A stretch of DNA of 64,000 bases from Octopus sinensis (Eukaryota): positions 16,676-80,675 of the forward strand of contig NW_021833248.1 in NCBI RefSeq assembly GCF_006345805.1. The letters run 5' to 3'. A program made the position numbers and the translations under genes. Under the pieces are notes generated by a model that did not search any database, was not told the origin of the DNA, and saw nothing but the letters and a program-made list of their open reading frames with translations. Positions 25,738 to 39,348 of this stretch are shown piece after piece; the first letter of the stretch is position 1; each line of letters opens with the position of its first letter.

Positions 25738-26657
25738 CTACGAAGAAATTAAATGCCACCGATACTATTCTACCCAAGAATAACAATCGAGCGGTACGTA
25801 CATTAAACTTACATTAAAAAATGGACGAAAAACTACACGTGCAAAATAATGTGACAACAGAAATAAACGGACCGGTACCCTACGAAAATGACGACCGTCA
25901 AAATAATGGGCCGGACGTTGTACCTCATGTCCCGCAAATAAAACCCAAAAGACGTAAATGGACACGTGAGGAATACATTTCTATCTTACACGCATACTTC
26001 ACAGCAATGCTCTACCCAAAAAATGAAAATACAACAACACATACATATAAAATATGGAAGGAAAATAATAGAGATATAGACTTGGATACAGCAATGAACC
26101 CTAATAAATTAGCTAAAGTACGAAGATACATTCTCAAAGCCAAAAAATATCAGAAATAGAAATAGAACATTTAAAAGAAAAAATACACCAGGAAAATGTA
26201 GATAGAAGCCACACAACAATGCCCAATAATATAATTAAGGCCAACAGACCAGATATAGTTGTCAGAGATCATGAAGAAAAAAATGCTTTCTAATTGATGT
26301 ATCAATACCGGCAGATGACAACGTGTCTCTAAAAGAAATGGAGAAACTCTCAAAATACAAAGACCTGGAAATAGAGGTAACCAGAATGTGGAATCTGAAA
26401 ACAGAAACAATTCCTATCATAGTAGGTGCATTAGGCATGATAAAAAAATATTCAGACAAATACATAACAAAAACACCAGGACTTACAAACACATATAACA
26501 TACAGAAAATTGCACTACTAGGCACTGCACACATCCTACGCAGAACACTTTCCATACAATAACCATCAGAGCATCACAGCAAATCACAGCACATACCCAA
26601 GGCACACAGAGCTGCGCTCAGTAGTGAAGTGAAAGCACCCTATAAAAAAAACTACTG
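25736..26657 (+). mobile_element. RT-less internally deleted R4 family-a derivative (second copy 27746-28667)
   Basis: The 5' part matches ~21075-21515 and the 3' part matches 24209-24636. Junction at ~26234 (cccaataatata|attaaggccaac). Confidence 0.85.
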
Positions 26658-26687
26658 AATATAATGATAATAACGATAATAATAATA

Positions 26688-26725
<38 letters not shown>

Positions 26726-27662
26726 TAATAATAATAATAATATAATAATAATGTAGGGTTTCTTCATAGCCAACAAGAGAGAAGAAACCCTATTCCATAT
26801 GGAATTACATGGTAAGTTCCACCGTGAAACCAACAATTAAAAGACCAGGAAGCATCATAGAGGTGACTTAACAAGGGTGACCAAAAAAGGATAGTAAAAG
26901 CCTAATCATCGCTACCCAGTATCAGGCATTAAATACCAATTCAACGAAAAATAACATATAACAAACAAGCGCATCGGACCTTTGCAGCATTGTGGGAAGA
27001 GGGTCGAAAATGGGAAACACATTTTTAGTATTTGTGAAAGACTTGCCCAGGAAGGGTACTAGCGTTGACACTACAAAGTAGCCCCAAACCTCCACTGGCC
27101 ACTATGCCGTAAGTATGGATATGAGGTTACTGAGGTTAAGGGTCTTCATACCAACATACACCGGAAAAGCAATGGACGAAAAAAGGGAAGGCAAATCTCC
27201 TCTGGGACATTTCCAGATAGGCAATGTGTTAGAGCAGCGAAGGCTAGATAGAGTAATATTTAGGTGGGACAACCAAGAGTGTCTAATAGTCGACGTAGCA
27301 GTGCCAGGAGATCAACGTATCATGAAAGAAAGAGAAACAGTTGATAAATATGGCGACCTGAAAACTGAGATACGAACATAAAGGTTATCCCTATTGTTAT
27401 CGGAGCATTAGGTTCAATACCATCTAATCTGAAAAAACATCTGAAAACTTTAGAGATACCCTACAATCTAGATGTATTGCTAAAGTCGGCACTATTTGGA
27501 ACTTCATGCATATTGCGTGAAGTACTGTCTGCCTGAAGCCCTTGTTGTAAATTGACGGATAGTGCAAACTCCCCAGTAGACACAATATAATCAATCAACC
27601 ACCTCACGATATGTTATACTGTGCGACATATATAATAATAATAATAATAATGATGATAATAA

Positions 27663-27715
<53 letters not shown>

Positions 27716-28701
27716 TAATAATAATAATAATAATATAATAATAATAAACTACGAAGAAATTAAATGCCACCGATACTATTCTACCCAAGAATAACAATCG
27801 AGCGGTACGTACATTAAACTTACATAAAAAATGGACGAAAAACTACACGTGCAAAATAATGTGACAACAGAAATAAACGGACCGGTACCCTACGAAAATG
27901 ACGACCGTCAAAATAATGGGCCGGACGTTGTACCTCATGTCCCGCAAATAAAACCCAAAAGACGTAAATGGACACGTGAGGAATACATTTCTATCTTACA
28001 CGCATACTTCACAGCAATGCTCTACCCAAAAAATGAAAATACAACAACACATACATATAAAATATGGAAGGAAAATAATAGAGATATAGACTTGGATACA
28101 GCAATGAACCCTAATAAATTAGCTAAAGTACGAAGATACATTCTCAAAGCCAAAAAATATCAGAAATAGAAATAGAACATTTAAAAGAAAAAATACACCA
28201 GGAAAATGTAGATAGAAGCCACACAACAATGCCCAATAATATAATTAAGGCCAACAGACCAGATATAGTTGTCAGAGATCATGAAGAAAAAAATGCTTTC
28301 TAATTGATGTATCAATACCGGCAGATGACAACGTGTCTCTAAAAGAAATGGAGAAACTCTCAAAATACAAAGACCTGGAAATAGAGGTAACCAGAATGTG
28401 GAATCTGAAAACAGAAACAATTCCTATCATAGTAGGTGCATTAGGCATGATAAAAAAATATTCAGACAAATACATAACAAAAACACCAGGACTTACAAAC
28501 ACATATAACATACAGAAAATTGCACTACTAGGCACTGCACACATCCTACGCAGAACACTTTCCATACAATAACCATCAGAGCATCACAGCAAATCACAGC
28601 ACATACCCAAGGCACACAGAGCTGCGCTCAGTAGTGAAGTGAAAGCACCCTATAAAAAAAACTACTGAATAATAATTATCATAATAATAATAATAATAAT
28701 A

Positions 28702-28732
<31 letters not shown>

Positions 28733-28755
28733 TATTATTATTATTATTATTATTA

Positions 28756-29720
28756 TAATCTAGGTAAAATTGAGCGGTGATTAAGAGGAAACTGGAAAAA
28801 TGGGAAAAAGACCGACCGAGAAAAATTAGAGAAGAAATATAAAATACGGAAGTTCGGGTTTGATGCAGTAATAGAGCAGTTAAAACAGAAAATCATGGCA
28901 AAAAGCCAGAAGATCAGAAGACTTGTGGACAGAAATAAACAGTTCGAGGAGAACAGTTTATTCAAAAATAACCCAAAAGTTAGAAGGAGACAATGAGGAA
29001 TATGTTGCTCCTGATGTAAATCAAATCAAGGAGTTCTGGAGCGGATTATCGGGAATCAATGTGGTACACAAGTGGGATGCAATGTGTGTAGGAACTATCA
29101 AGGTAGACTTACAAGGAGGAAAGAAACAAGGGAATATTATCATAAGTACGGGCGATGTGAAAGAACAAGTGGGTAAAGTGTGTAACTGGAAAATGTAGAA
29201 AATGTAACCTTCTTGGTAAATGGATATTAGAGCCTTGCACATAAAGAATACAAGCGCCGCCACGATAAAATGTGCGTGTATCTTCTTTGACACTTATGCC
29301 GTAAATACCAATATGAAGTAACAGAGAACTGGTATGACCAAGTAAATATAAGCAGGAGGATGGAAAAGTAACGATACTCTGGGACTAATTATCAGATGGA
29401 TCGTGTAATCGAACACCGTCGGCCGGATATTGTTGTATTGAATGAGAGAGAAGAATACTGTCAAATAATTGGCGTAGCCATACCAAATGACATGAATGTT
29501 GTGAGTAAAGAGGTTGAAAATTCACCAAGTACTCCGAATGGAAAGTGGAAATGACAAGACTGTATAGAATGTGAGAGTGTAAAAACGAAACCAGGCTCAA
29601 TCCCTTTGGAACTTCAAGACTTCTTAAGGCAACTGGAAATCCCATGCAAGATTGAGGTCTTGCAAAAAGCAGCCTTATTGGGCACTGCGCACATCTTAAA
29701 GAAAGTATTATCTCTCTGAG
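28756..29720 (+). mobile_element. R4/Dong-type fragment, family c, multiply deleted
   Basis: QIKEFWSG, YKRRHDK, RPDIVVL...IIGVAIPND, LQKAALLGTAHILKKVLS. Confidence 0.7.
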
Positions 29721-30749
29721 GTCCTTGTGACTTAACAGATGACTAAAGACTACGGTGCATTTTTACCTACACTATGTTACGAAACAACAACAACAATAAT
29801 AAAAACGACAACAAGAACAACAATAATAATAATGATGATGATAATGATTATGATGACATCAGGACGAAGTATTAGGGGGAAAATGCAAAAACAGACACAA
29901 AGTGTGGAGATGTACAAGTAATGAAATGATGAAATAACAAAAACAACGAAAAAGAGTAAATATAAGTGTCATACAATGAAAAGGAAGGGAAATATACGCA
30001 ATATACAAAGGCTAAAAAGAAAAAAGGCGGGTGATTGAGACGTAGTCCTCCTGATAAAGGATAACCTCCAGGGATAATCGAGGAACCCTACTGTGCCATA
30101 TCTCCTTGAAAACCAAGGACATGTGTCCTCTCCAATTCCTACTCTTCGACTCACAGGTTTACACACACAGAGGTACCATCCACTCTTGCTATTTTCGCAA
30201 CTTTCACCCACCTTTTAATAAATTAACTCGAGGGCAGAACTTCCCACTCTATACTCCATTTCCTTTTCATGTGAAACTTGAAGAAACCCCTCAGATCATA
30301 AACAAAGAGGAATGTATCTATCCTCATGCCTTTTAGTCTTGTCCACCAAACAACCTCTTTCGTCACAGCCACCAGACGAAAAACATGCCTTGCTTGCTGA
30401 TTAAAGAAGAGCAGCGAGCAACCATTACTATGCACTCCACCGATAGATGGATCTGTCCCATACGTGACAGGTGTTCGACATAACCCCACAAATCAGCAAT
30501 GTCTGGACACTAAACGAGTGCGTGCAGAACAGTTACATCATTCAGTGCGCGCTTCGGAGAAGCCCGTGTGACAGGACATCCGTGCCTATTGAATTTATCT
30601 CGAACCGGAAGCGCCCTGCGGCAGCACTATTTTGGCCAAGAACATATGGAATGTATCCATGATAATGACCGACCGGAACGTCTTCCAGAACGCCAAGAAC
30701 ATCGTCGCACTTCGCCAGTAATAATCTATAAATTACTGAAGCAGAACAG

Positions 30750-32560
30750 CCCACGATCCCATTGTCCGACTGGTAGATGGCTGTGAGTGCCTGTTGACAT
30801 ACTAGGCGTCAAGCGCCTAGTCGCGGTCTTTTCTTTACCCAGGACTACAGCTCTGTCAAGGAGACAAGCTATGGAAAGACGTTCCTCCCAAACGGAGCCC
30901 ACGCATGCTCACCTTTTAGAAATCATTGCAGGTGGCGCAACGTAACACCGTATCTGCGCATTAGAAGCCACAGCGTGCCTAAGCCGCCACTCAGAGGGTG
31001 CTGGCAGTAGACTGATGGTCTGACCATCGGAACGCAATCCTTCCACAAGAAATTAAATGAGACGTTCCAACCCAGTCAAGCAGTAACCGGGACAAGGCAC
31101 AATGATCAGGCGATAAAAGATGAAGTAGGAAATGTAGGCATTCGCCTCCTCTGCCTGATCTTTCAAGGATAGCTTCCTCTCAGCCATTTCTGGGTAAGAC
31201 TGGTCACCCTGTTCGTCACTTAGTCTCAGTTCTTACCTTCCTGGAGGGTGGGACCAAACCAGACTACGTGCAATTTGACTGGTCTGTCGGTCCAGCGTCC
31301 AACGACACCGTCCCATAACATGAACCTGACTATCCAGGAGACTTACCGCAAACAATCGATTTGTCAGCGGTGCTTTTAGCCCCTGCAACTGACTCATATT
31401 CCTCTAGAATGATGCTAAGAGTCTCCAGTTCGTTGGTGTACGCTGATACTGCCTTTCCGCGTCTGAGTTCGATCTTTCGCAGAAGTAGCTTGAGTACCAA
31501 TATGCACAGAAGAGGCGACAGCAGGAAGCCCTGACGGATCAAGCATGCGTTGCTAGACTTTTCCGATTGGTAGCTGTTTACTTTGACCACCGAACAGATA
31601 CAGCTGTGCATTGCAGCGAACCAACCTCTGAAACTGTGCCCGAATCCCCTGCTTTCAGGACGGCTTCCAAGTAGTGATGGTCGACCCTACCGAATGTTTT
31701 AGAATGATTAAAATTAATCAGAGCACTCTCGAAGCTAGGTTTGATCCCAGCCCTGTCTATGATGTATCGCATAAGGTGGAAGTTGTTGTGGACAGACCTG
31801 CCCGGGATTGTGCACCTTTGTGCTTTCGCGGCCAGGCTACCGACAACAAGCGTCAACATTTTCGTCAACACCTTGGCCAAAATCTTAAACACTGTGTTTA
31901 GCAGGGATATGAGCTGAAAATTTCCTTGTACGTCCCCATTGTCGGCGTCCTTCCTCAGCAGTGTCACTACACTCCGACCAACAGCACTAGGAATTTTCCC
32001 TTTCTGTTGCCATTTACGGTAAACGTCTGCCAGCAGGTCACAAAACAAATCTGTTGTCATGCTGGAGCGCCACCGGTGTCTTTTCAGTGGCTATTCTTTA
32101 CGATTAGCCTTTTATGAAGGAAGGAATTCGAGGCTGCTCCCTTGTTTGAGTTTCTTCATCAGGGACCTTGGACGGCCGGTGATCAAATTGTTTCCTGAAC
32201 ACTACCGCCTCTACACCATGAAGATGTTTCAGATGTTTTGGGTAGGCATTAAATCCCAACCTATTGCAATAGTGCATTGTCCTCACTCTAGACGGGATGA
32301 CGGGTACGTTTGGAACAGTGCAGCGACGTCCAGTTTGTGGTCAGTATAACTCTCGATGCCAAAGTTTGGTTCCAGTTCCTCCAGGATCTTACACACGTAC
32401 ATCATTACATAGCTCACCTGTCTTCTCTCGAGGGAGCAGAGTTGTAGCTCCCAATAACTCAGTTGTTACTTTGATGCAATCTTCCGGGTGTAGGACTACT
32501 ACACTTCCACTATTTAATTGACTCTGTGGTGTGACCACAGTTGACTGCAGTATTCCAGGC
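30750..32560 (-). mobile_element. Degenerate L1/Tx1-type LINE (RT region, APE remnants)
   Basis: VVTLLRKD, ISLLNTVFKILAKVL, AQRCTIPGRSVHNNFHLMRYII, SKTFGRVDHHYLEAVL, QGFLLSPLLCIL. Boundaries are approximate. Confidence 0.8.
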
Positions 32561-33270
32561 AGTTGAGGACAAATGTCCTCTATAAGTCCAGCATAGTTTT
32601 TTGGTCCCTGATTCTGAAGCTTCTGTATTGCATTCTAGTATTGCGCATTCAGTATTTCACTAATCCTCTGGGGATTTGCAGTGGGTGCCATATTTTTCTC
32701 GAGCTGTTACCCCATCTTGTACCGTACTGAAGCAGACACTTTTACAAATTTATTGAAGGATTTGGGGTTTATCTTTATATTTTTGGCAGCCCTGGATTCT
32801 TTCTCTGCTCTCTTCTTTCTTGTTGTAGTGTTTGAATTCATTTTCGATATTATCAATACTTGTTTGAGATAGAGTCCTTCGCTATCCTGTAGTGGACCAT
32901 TTAGACAGTTTGAGATATTTACTCGTTGTCTCATTAGAATGGTTATATCCTTGGGAACTATATTTTCCCGTTGGGTTGGCGTTCTCTCTGGAACAAACGT
33001 ACAGCATATCCAAATGCATCATTGACATAAACTGCTATATCTTTATATCAGTTTCATAGGAGACGAAATTTGTTCCATGACTTCTTTTTCGATGCCATTC
33101 CTATCAGCTTTATGAAAGTTCAGGCTGGAGAGCTGGGTACATGGCCTGCATGTCTACTATTTTCTGTAGACCATATATCATTAGCTCTATTAAGTTATGG
33201 TCTGAGAGAATCGTCAGTGCCACCTAAACATTATGGATGGGCACCACGTTATTCGTGAAGCAGATGCCCA
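32560..33270 (-). mobile_element. CR1-like ORF2 linker fragment
   Basis: LNFHKAD, AKNIKINPKSFNKFVK and SEILNAQY resemble the same segments in the LINE at 5250-5790 (NFHKADW, IKQNPKVFYSY, AEILQKQY). Confidence 0.55.
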
Positions 33271-33291
33271 GGACATTTTTACCCCTTGTTG

Positions 33292-33324
<33 letters not shown>

Positions 33325-34093
33325 TCGAGGAAAGTAACTGAGAAGAATGAGAAAGAGTCATATATCAAATATGTAAAGTAACCCCAATATACCATTTGAT
33401 ACGTTCGACATAATTATTATACCACATACACAACAAAGACACATATACAATATATACAATAATTACAATCAATTATATTTGCTTCACGATCTTCGGCAAA
33501 TATGTATGCATATGTGCGCGTGTGTATGTACGTATGCATGTGTTTTTATATGTATATATACACACATAATCTATATAAGTGTGTCCACACACACACACGC
33601 ACACACACATACACGCACACACACATGTACACCTAATAATATGGTAGATACTTTTGTAAGTATTTGTGTTTAAAGAACAAAAGAAAATTTACCTGAATGG
33701 ATCACTCCTCCACACTACAGGTATAAACTTGTTTGTGTTTGTTTATGCGTATGTGTTCGTATATTTATACACGCGCGCAGATACATACTCATACACACAC
33801 AAATCACACACTTACACACACGCACTACACATGCACGCACACACACAAATACACACTCACATTCAATTAGAACATTTCACGGTATTCAGAAGAAGTTAAT
33901 CACTATGTATCACGCAATTCAATTTGTTTGCGGAAGCATTTTCACTTTGACTTAAAGAAAAAGGAAAAGAGCAAAACACAACGATTATTCAATAAGAAAT
34001 AAATGTAACAAGATAACATTTTATGTATGAGATGTGATAATTACTTCGCGCACGTAAACTTTTGTTTTGGTATTTATCACAATATGATAAAAT

Positions 34094-36510
34094 ATGTAAC
34101 GTATGTGCTCGGGTAATAGTCGATTTCATGTAAAATGCGACCCCTTATTTTGGCACAAAACTTGAGAATTTTCCATAGATCCCGTATAAAAGTCGACACT
34201 AGTATTTCACGAAGAACAGGACAACATTTGTAGGTTAAGGCACCGTATTGTCCTATAAATAGAAATAACACTGTTACACATTTGTGTGGCTGCATTAGCC
34301 TGCTCTATACGTGGGATGCTTGGTGCTTATAGCAAAACACCATTTAATAGCGAGCACTTCATATTTGCTGATTGGTGCCACAATGTATGCAGAGGATATG
34401 CTGGAAGCCTGCACACATCTTCATGGCCAATAAACACATGCGTCATACACTCGTTGTTTGCATGGTGAGAAACGTGTTTCACAAACAGCACTATTGGCGA
34501 ACACTAGCAAACGCCTCTATCAGAATTCGTGCAAAGGTATGATTTTTCGTAAGCATAAAAGTATTCAATTAATCGCTAGATCAGCGAAATGGCAACTGAT
34601 CGTGAGCATGGATACGATAGCCCCTAGGCCGAAATGTATTAACGTTAAATTAATACTGTAAGTTTCACATTGATCTATTTTTTAATTACATCTCTTGTTT
34701 CAAGGCATAATATAATTTGTACCGGTACTCCTTTCTGCTTTAACCCAGGATTCAATTTGCCGTGCAGTTTAGGTACTTGAAAATCGTCAAAGTGTGTTGA
34801 TCGTGAAGCCACCTTAATTCATGCTCGAAAGGAATAAAAATTGGATGGAATTTCAAATTTTAAAGCGAATGTTGGATGGTGAGATGTTATGGCATAGTAT
34901 AACAGCTGAGAACTAAGATCGCACAAAAACTGCGTGCTGATCTAAATGATAAGATAATAGAGTTTCATAGGTTTGTAATCAGAAATCAGTTGAAAGAGTG
35001 TATGCATTATCATGTATTGGGAACATGGACGAAACGCTTGTTACTCTTGACATGTCAGAGAATCGAACTGCGAATCAAAGAGGAGATAAAGCAGTATTCA
35101 TGATAACCACTGGCCACGAGAAAAGGTTACTTTAGTTCTTTCATGTATGGCTAATGGTAATAAATTAAAACCGATGGTTGTTTTTAAGAGAAAAACTGTG
35201 CCGAATGAGATATTTACAAAAAGAATTATCATCCATGTGCATCCACAAGGATGGATAGAAGATGAGGGTCGTTGTAGAAAATGGATTAAAGATGTTTGGA
35301 ATTTACGACCTGTGGAATGCATTGGATGGTACAGAAGACGATTGTCTATGGGATGACAAGTATAACGAAGTGGATGATGCGCTACCTCTAAATATGGAGA
35401 GCGAAGATGATGATGAAGAGAATCCTTACGTTGATGCCATTCATCCTCATGATTAGGAAGCTTTATTCAGTGCTGAAGATGATAAACTGTGTTAAATAAA
35501 TTGGTAGTGTAGTCTCTAATCTAGCCACGAAAAAGAAAACGTTTTCGGTGGAAACTCGCTGGTGGAAAGTGATATTGTGCTTCTACTTCTTTTATCAGTT
35601 CTGGTATTTAATACATTAAATTGCATTTAGATTATTCGAAATAAAGATGCACCACTAATATACTGTACTTGTGATGTGTGTGACTTTAACCATGAATATG
35701 AAAATAGTATAATTTATTGAAGAGGTATGAAGTGAAACACGCCGAGTAGATATCAGCTGTATGCACCGTATTACGGTAAGTAGTGACATGCCCAGTACCG
35801 GTGATAATATAACATAATTATGAGATATAAATTGATTTCACTCTGCTAGTCTGTTAAGTTTGATTGATACAAATAAAAGAGTTAGCGCAAATATTTATAA
35901 AAGCTACGCGGTCTTGTTTATGGGTTTTGTTACTTACTAGGATGTGGGATGTGATGCATAAAATTAATATTACTGTAATTCATCGTGTTTTTGTTTTTAT
36001 TCGCTTAGAGATCATGTAGGCTTCTGCCGCTGATACAGTACTTTGGATTCTAGCTTGAATTCCAGCTCCTCAAAAGTAATATCCATGTAATAGATGACCC
36101 CATAAACTTGACCTTAAAAGATGGCTTAAAATATTCGACATTCTCACGAGTATATACGGTATTCCTTCTCAGTCAATCACGTGATTCGAAAAGTAAATCT
36201 TCACGTAATTACTTTCCCAGTGCGGTTATTCCAAATAGGTTTGGACAGTAATGTAGCTTGTAGAGAATGTTATGGGACTCGTGTTCCACATTCTGTTACC
36301 GTTATTCCAGAAACTGACAGATTAATTCAGATTAATTTAGACGTGAAACATCCAATCAGAAATAGAGTTCTTTTCTCTTTGTGTGACATATTCTGAATGT
36401 GTTATGATTATAGGCAGTGTTTCCAACGATGTATGTATCGTTCGTAAAATCAAGCTATTGCCTGTTGCTTCATCATTCATTGACATTCCTGCAAGCAATG
36501 TTTATACCAT
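34094..36510 (+). pseudogene. PAN-CTL gene copy B, exon 1 pseudo-exon (ATG at 34094, remainder 36162-36510)
   Basis: HVIRKVNLHVITFPVRLFQ...RECYGTRV aligns with copy C HVIRKANLHVLTILVLLLQ...REYYGIRI. Frameshifted; donor lost (gatcttgagtag vs gcccgtgagtag). Flanks 33480-34090 and 36520-37750 align with 49560-50230 and 50590-51900. Confidence 0.85.
34099..36159 (+). mobile_element. Degenerate pogo/Tigger-like DNA transposon with TA target duplication
   Basis: Imperfect TIRs (ta|acgtatgtgctcgggtaatagtcga ... tcgacattctcacgagtatatacgg|ta). DDE_1 remnants GNMDET, TTGHEK, MANGNKLKPMVVFKRKT, HVHPQGW. Removing it restores ATGTATTCCTTCTCAGTC, as in copy C. Confidence 0.85.
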
Positions 36511-38559
36511 GCTACAAGATCTTGAGTAGTATTCTTTTCAAGAGGATGTATTTCATATATTGCTACTATGTGTTTAGCCATTGTTACATCCTGTTCTAGA
36601 AAACCCATATTCAAAGGCGTTCGAGCTGATTCCGTAGTATAAAGTGTCCTTAGTGAAAACGGTATCCGTTGTTTTTGAGAAATTTGACTTTTATTTCCAG
36701 CAGGACACATGACTACGTAAATGTCCTCACATTGGATCATATTGCATATATTGTTGAAGAATAACTATTCTAAAAGTCGTTTAAGCTGTAATCATCTTAG
36801 TTTAAACTAATGCATCATGGTCTTATAAATAATCCAGTCTTTTTACTTTTATCTAAAGCAGTAAGATGTTTATTTGAAATCCCGTTGGCTGTTATTTCTA
36901 AGATATCTTGCAACCACATAGACGCTACTTTTGGTCCGTATTGTGCAAGTGGGTTTTGTAGAAGATTGAGCTTTCGTTGTATATTTAGTTGCATATTTAA
37001 TATACACGTGTGTTTCGATAGTTTTATCATATCAGATCACATGTATGGATAGATAAGATATGTCCTCTGGTGATATACAAATATTACACAGTATCATCAA
37101 ATATCACAAATAATATTTGTTCCAGAAGGCGTCTCACTAACCAACGGATTAAATCGTGGTCTCTCACATTATGCCTATTCGAAAAGATTCTAGGGTTGTA
37201 CAAAATAATGTGTCTTTAAATAAAATTTAATAAAAGTATGTAAGAATTGCAATTCATAATTGTTCAAATAGCATGTTATTACAAATTTTGTATTGGAATG
37301 AGATACTGCTCCAAAGTAATTTTTGCTTCATTCTATGTTTTAATAACTGAAGAGTGGTAACAACGGTTTTCCGTAGAATATAGGTATGATGCATACGATT
37401 TTTTGAAAATATCGTATACAGCTTCCACGGCAAAATAAGTTTGAAGACCATTGTATGAGATACCTTCCATGTCTCCTTGTAAAACAACTAATAATAGCAT
37501 CAGTAATCAAAGCTCTGAAGGCCTATACATACGTAAGCATTTTGTAATTGTTGATTTGAGGAATAGTAGCGTATTGCTTTTCTTTTATCCTTTAAGTTTT
37601 CCTTATTTTTAGAGCTCATATGATCGCAGCTGCACAGTAATATAACTATGTTTTTGACATTTCTTTCCATATATTACTTTCAGAATGTTTTACGTTGCTC
37701 CTAAAATTATATGACGTTGTTGTTGCTGTTGGGGATGAGATTCACTTTGATCGAGACATTTCCGCCGTAATTATCTCGTCTAGTTTACAGTACTCTACTA
37801 AACATATTATTTAATGAGCTCCTTGCCTAACATGAGGATGTGATTTCAGGGCGTTTTGACTGATCCTTGAAAAAGATCAAACGGCAAGAGAGACATTTCC
37901 CATCAGTGTGTTTTCGCAAATTTTATGATTAATAACTTCTCACGTAATTTTTTTGCTTAGCCCTATGCTATGGTAGGAAACACACTTTAGCTCATCATAC
38001 AGTGAGATTAAACCTGGAACAACGTGGTTAATAAGTCGACTTCTTTACACAGCCATGATTGTACTCCATTATAATTCTATTCTAATCAATGTAGATAGCA
38101 TAGTGTTCCTACATAACTACTTAATTTGGTCACTTATTATAATATTTTTGTTGTTTGTCTCTTCAACCTTCATGCATAGTCATCTCACATAGTTTCGTTC
38201 TACTTTCCATTTTCATCACAAACGTTCACACTCATACCATTACTAGATTGCTTTAATGAAATACCTTTTCTGCTATTGTATCTTGAAATTCGTGGAAATC
38301 GAGAATAGTTATGATTTAATATTTAATATTTCGGTTGATTGATTATCCAAATGTTGTCCCACAGTCTTCTGAATACTTTTCATCTTTCATTTTTAAAGTC
38401 TCTTATAATTTGTTTTCTTTGAATTAATTTTTTTTCATTTAGCAACACATTTTTTTTCTAATTTGTAGCAACAATAAGAAGGCACGAATTCTGAGCTGCA
38501 TCTATTAATTATTTGGGCTCACATTACGAGATATGAAGAAAATGATGGAGAAAATCTGC

Positions 38560-38675
38560 TCCTAAAATTGGATGAAGAAGGTCAGCAATGATAAAAACAA
38601 TCCACTGGAAACTTCGTCCAGTGCGAGTAAAATCTCACCGAAAGTTTTAACAGGAGAGTCGTTGATTGCTGAATA

Positions 38676-38755
<80 letters not shown>

Positions 38756-39170
38756 ATATCAGAAGCGAAAAGTTTTTCTTTGACAAATTTAGAGGGTCCT
38801 ATACTGCAGGACACTCCGGAGTCGACTATAAATTCCTTCTTAGACTCGAAATCTAATATAAAAAATGCGTGACTAGGAGAAAATGTGCCAGGAACTGCGG
38901 TCACGCTGGGAGCTCGGCTTTTTAGTTTTCCTGAGTTTTTAAATGTACGAGGCGAAATACATTTCTCAGCTGTAGAACCAAACTTATAATGATACCAGCA
39001 AAAAGGTTTTGATCTGCTGGGAGAACGGACATTAGAACGACGATAGCGACGAGGTGATGAATTTCTATTGATATGCAAGAGACAAATTTCTGTGACTAGC
39101 TTATCTATAGTCATCTGTGTAGATTCACGAAATTCTTTGAATTTAGAAGAAACTGTTGCAACTGACAAAA
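38560..39170 (-). mobile_element. Gypsy LTR retrotransposon gag-protease fragment interrupted by (TA)n
   Basis: FCWYHYKFGSTAEKCISP (gag C-terminal Cys/His motif), FIVDSGVSCSI (aspartic protease D-S-G), and AINDSPVKTFGEILL after the microsatellite. Confidence 0.75.
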
Positions 39171-39348
39171 GAGAGTTGTTCTGTTCTGGAATAGGTTTTG
39201 TATTAATTATATGTTACAATCAAATCTACCTCTAACAACAAATTCACAGTAAAATTTGTTTGAATTATTGCCTAAGTTATTGCCAAGTCTTCACATTTTT
39301 AGTATTGACCCAATGCCTATTTTTTACATAATGAATTTGCCTAACATA

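Larger units (their letters stand above)
24734..28670 (+). repeat. Near-identical ~2.0-kb tandem duplication (24734-26752 / 26753-~28670)
   Basis: Identical predicted ORFs at 25821/27831 and 26323/28333. Differences are mostly homopolymer and microsatellite length changes plus a short patch near 25115/27135. Confidence 0.92.

Noticed and set aside
24637-28755. Regularly alternating repeat/unique blocks suggestive of a CRISPR-like array
   Set aside because: The repeats are variable-length (TAA)n and the intervening blocks are kb-scale retrotransposon pieces; eukaryotic context, no cas genes.
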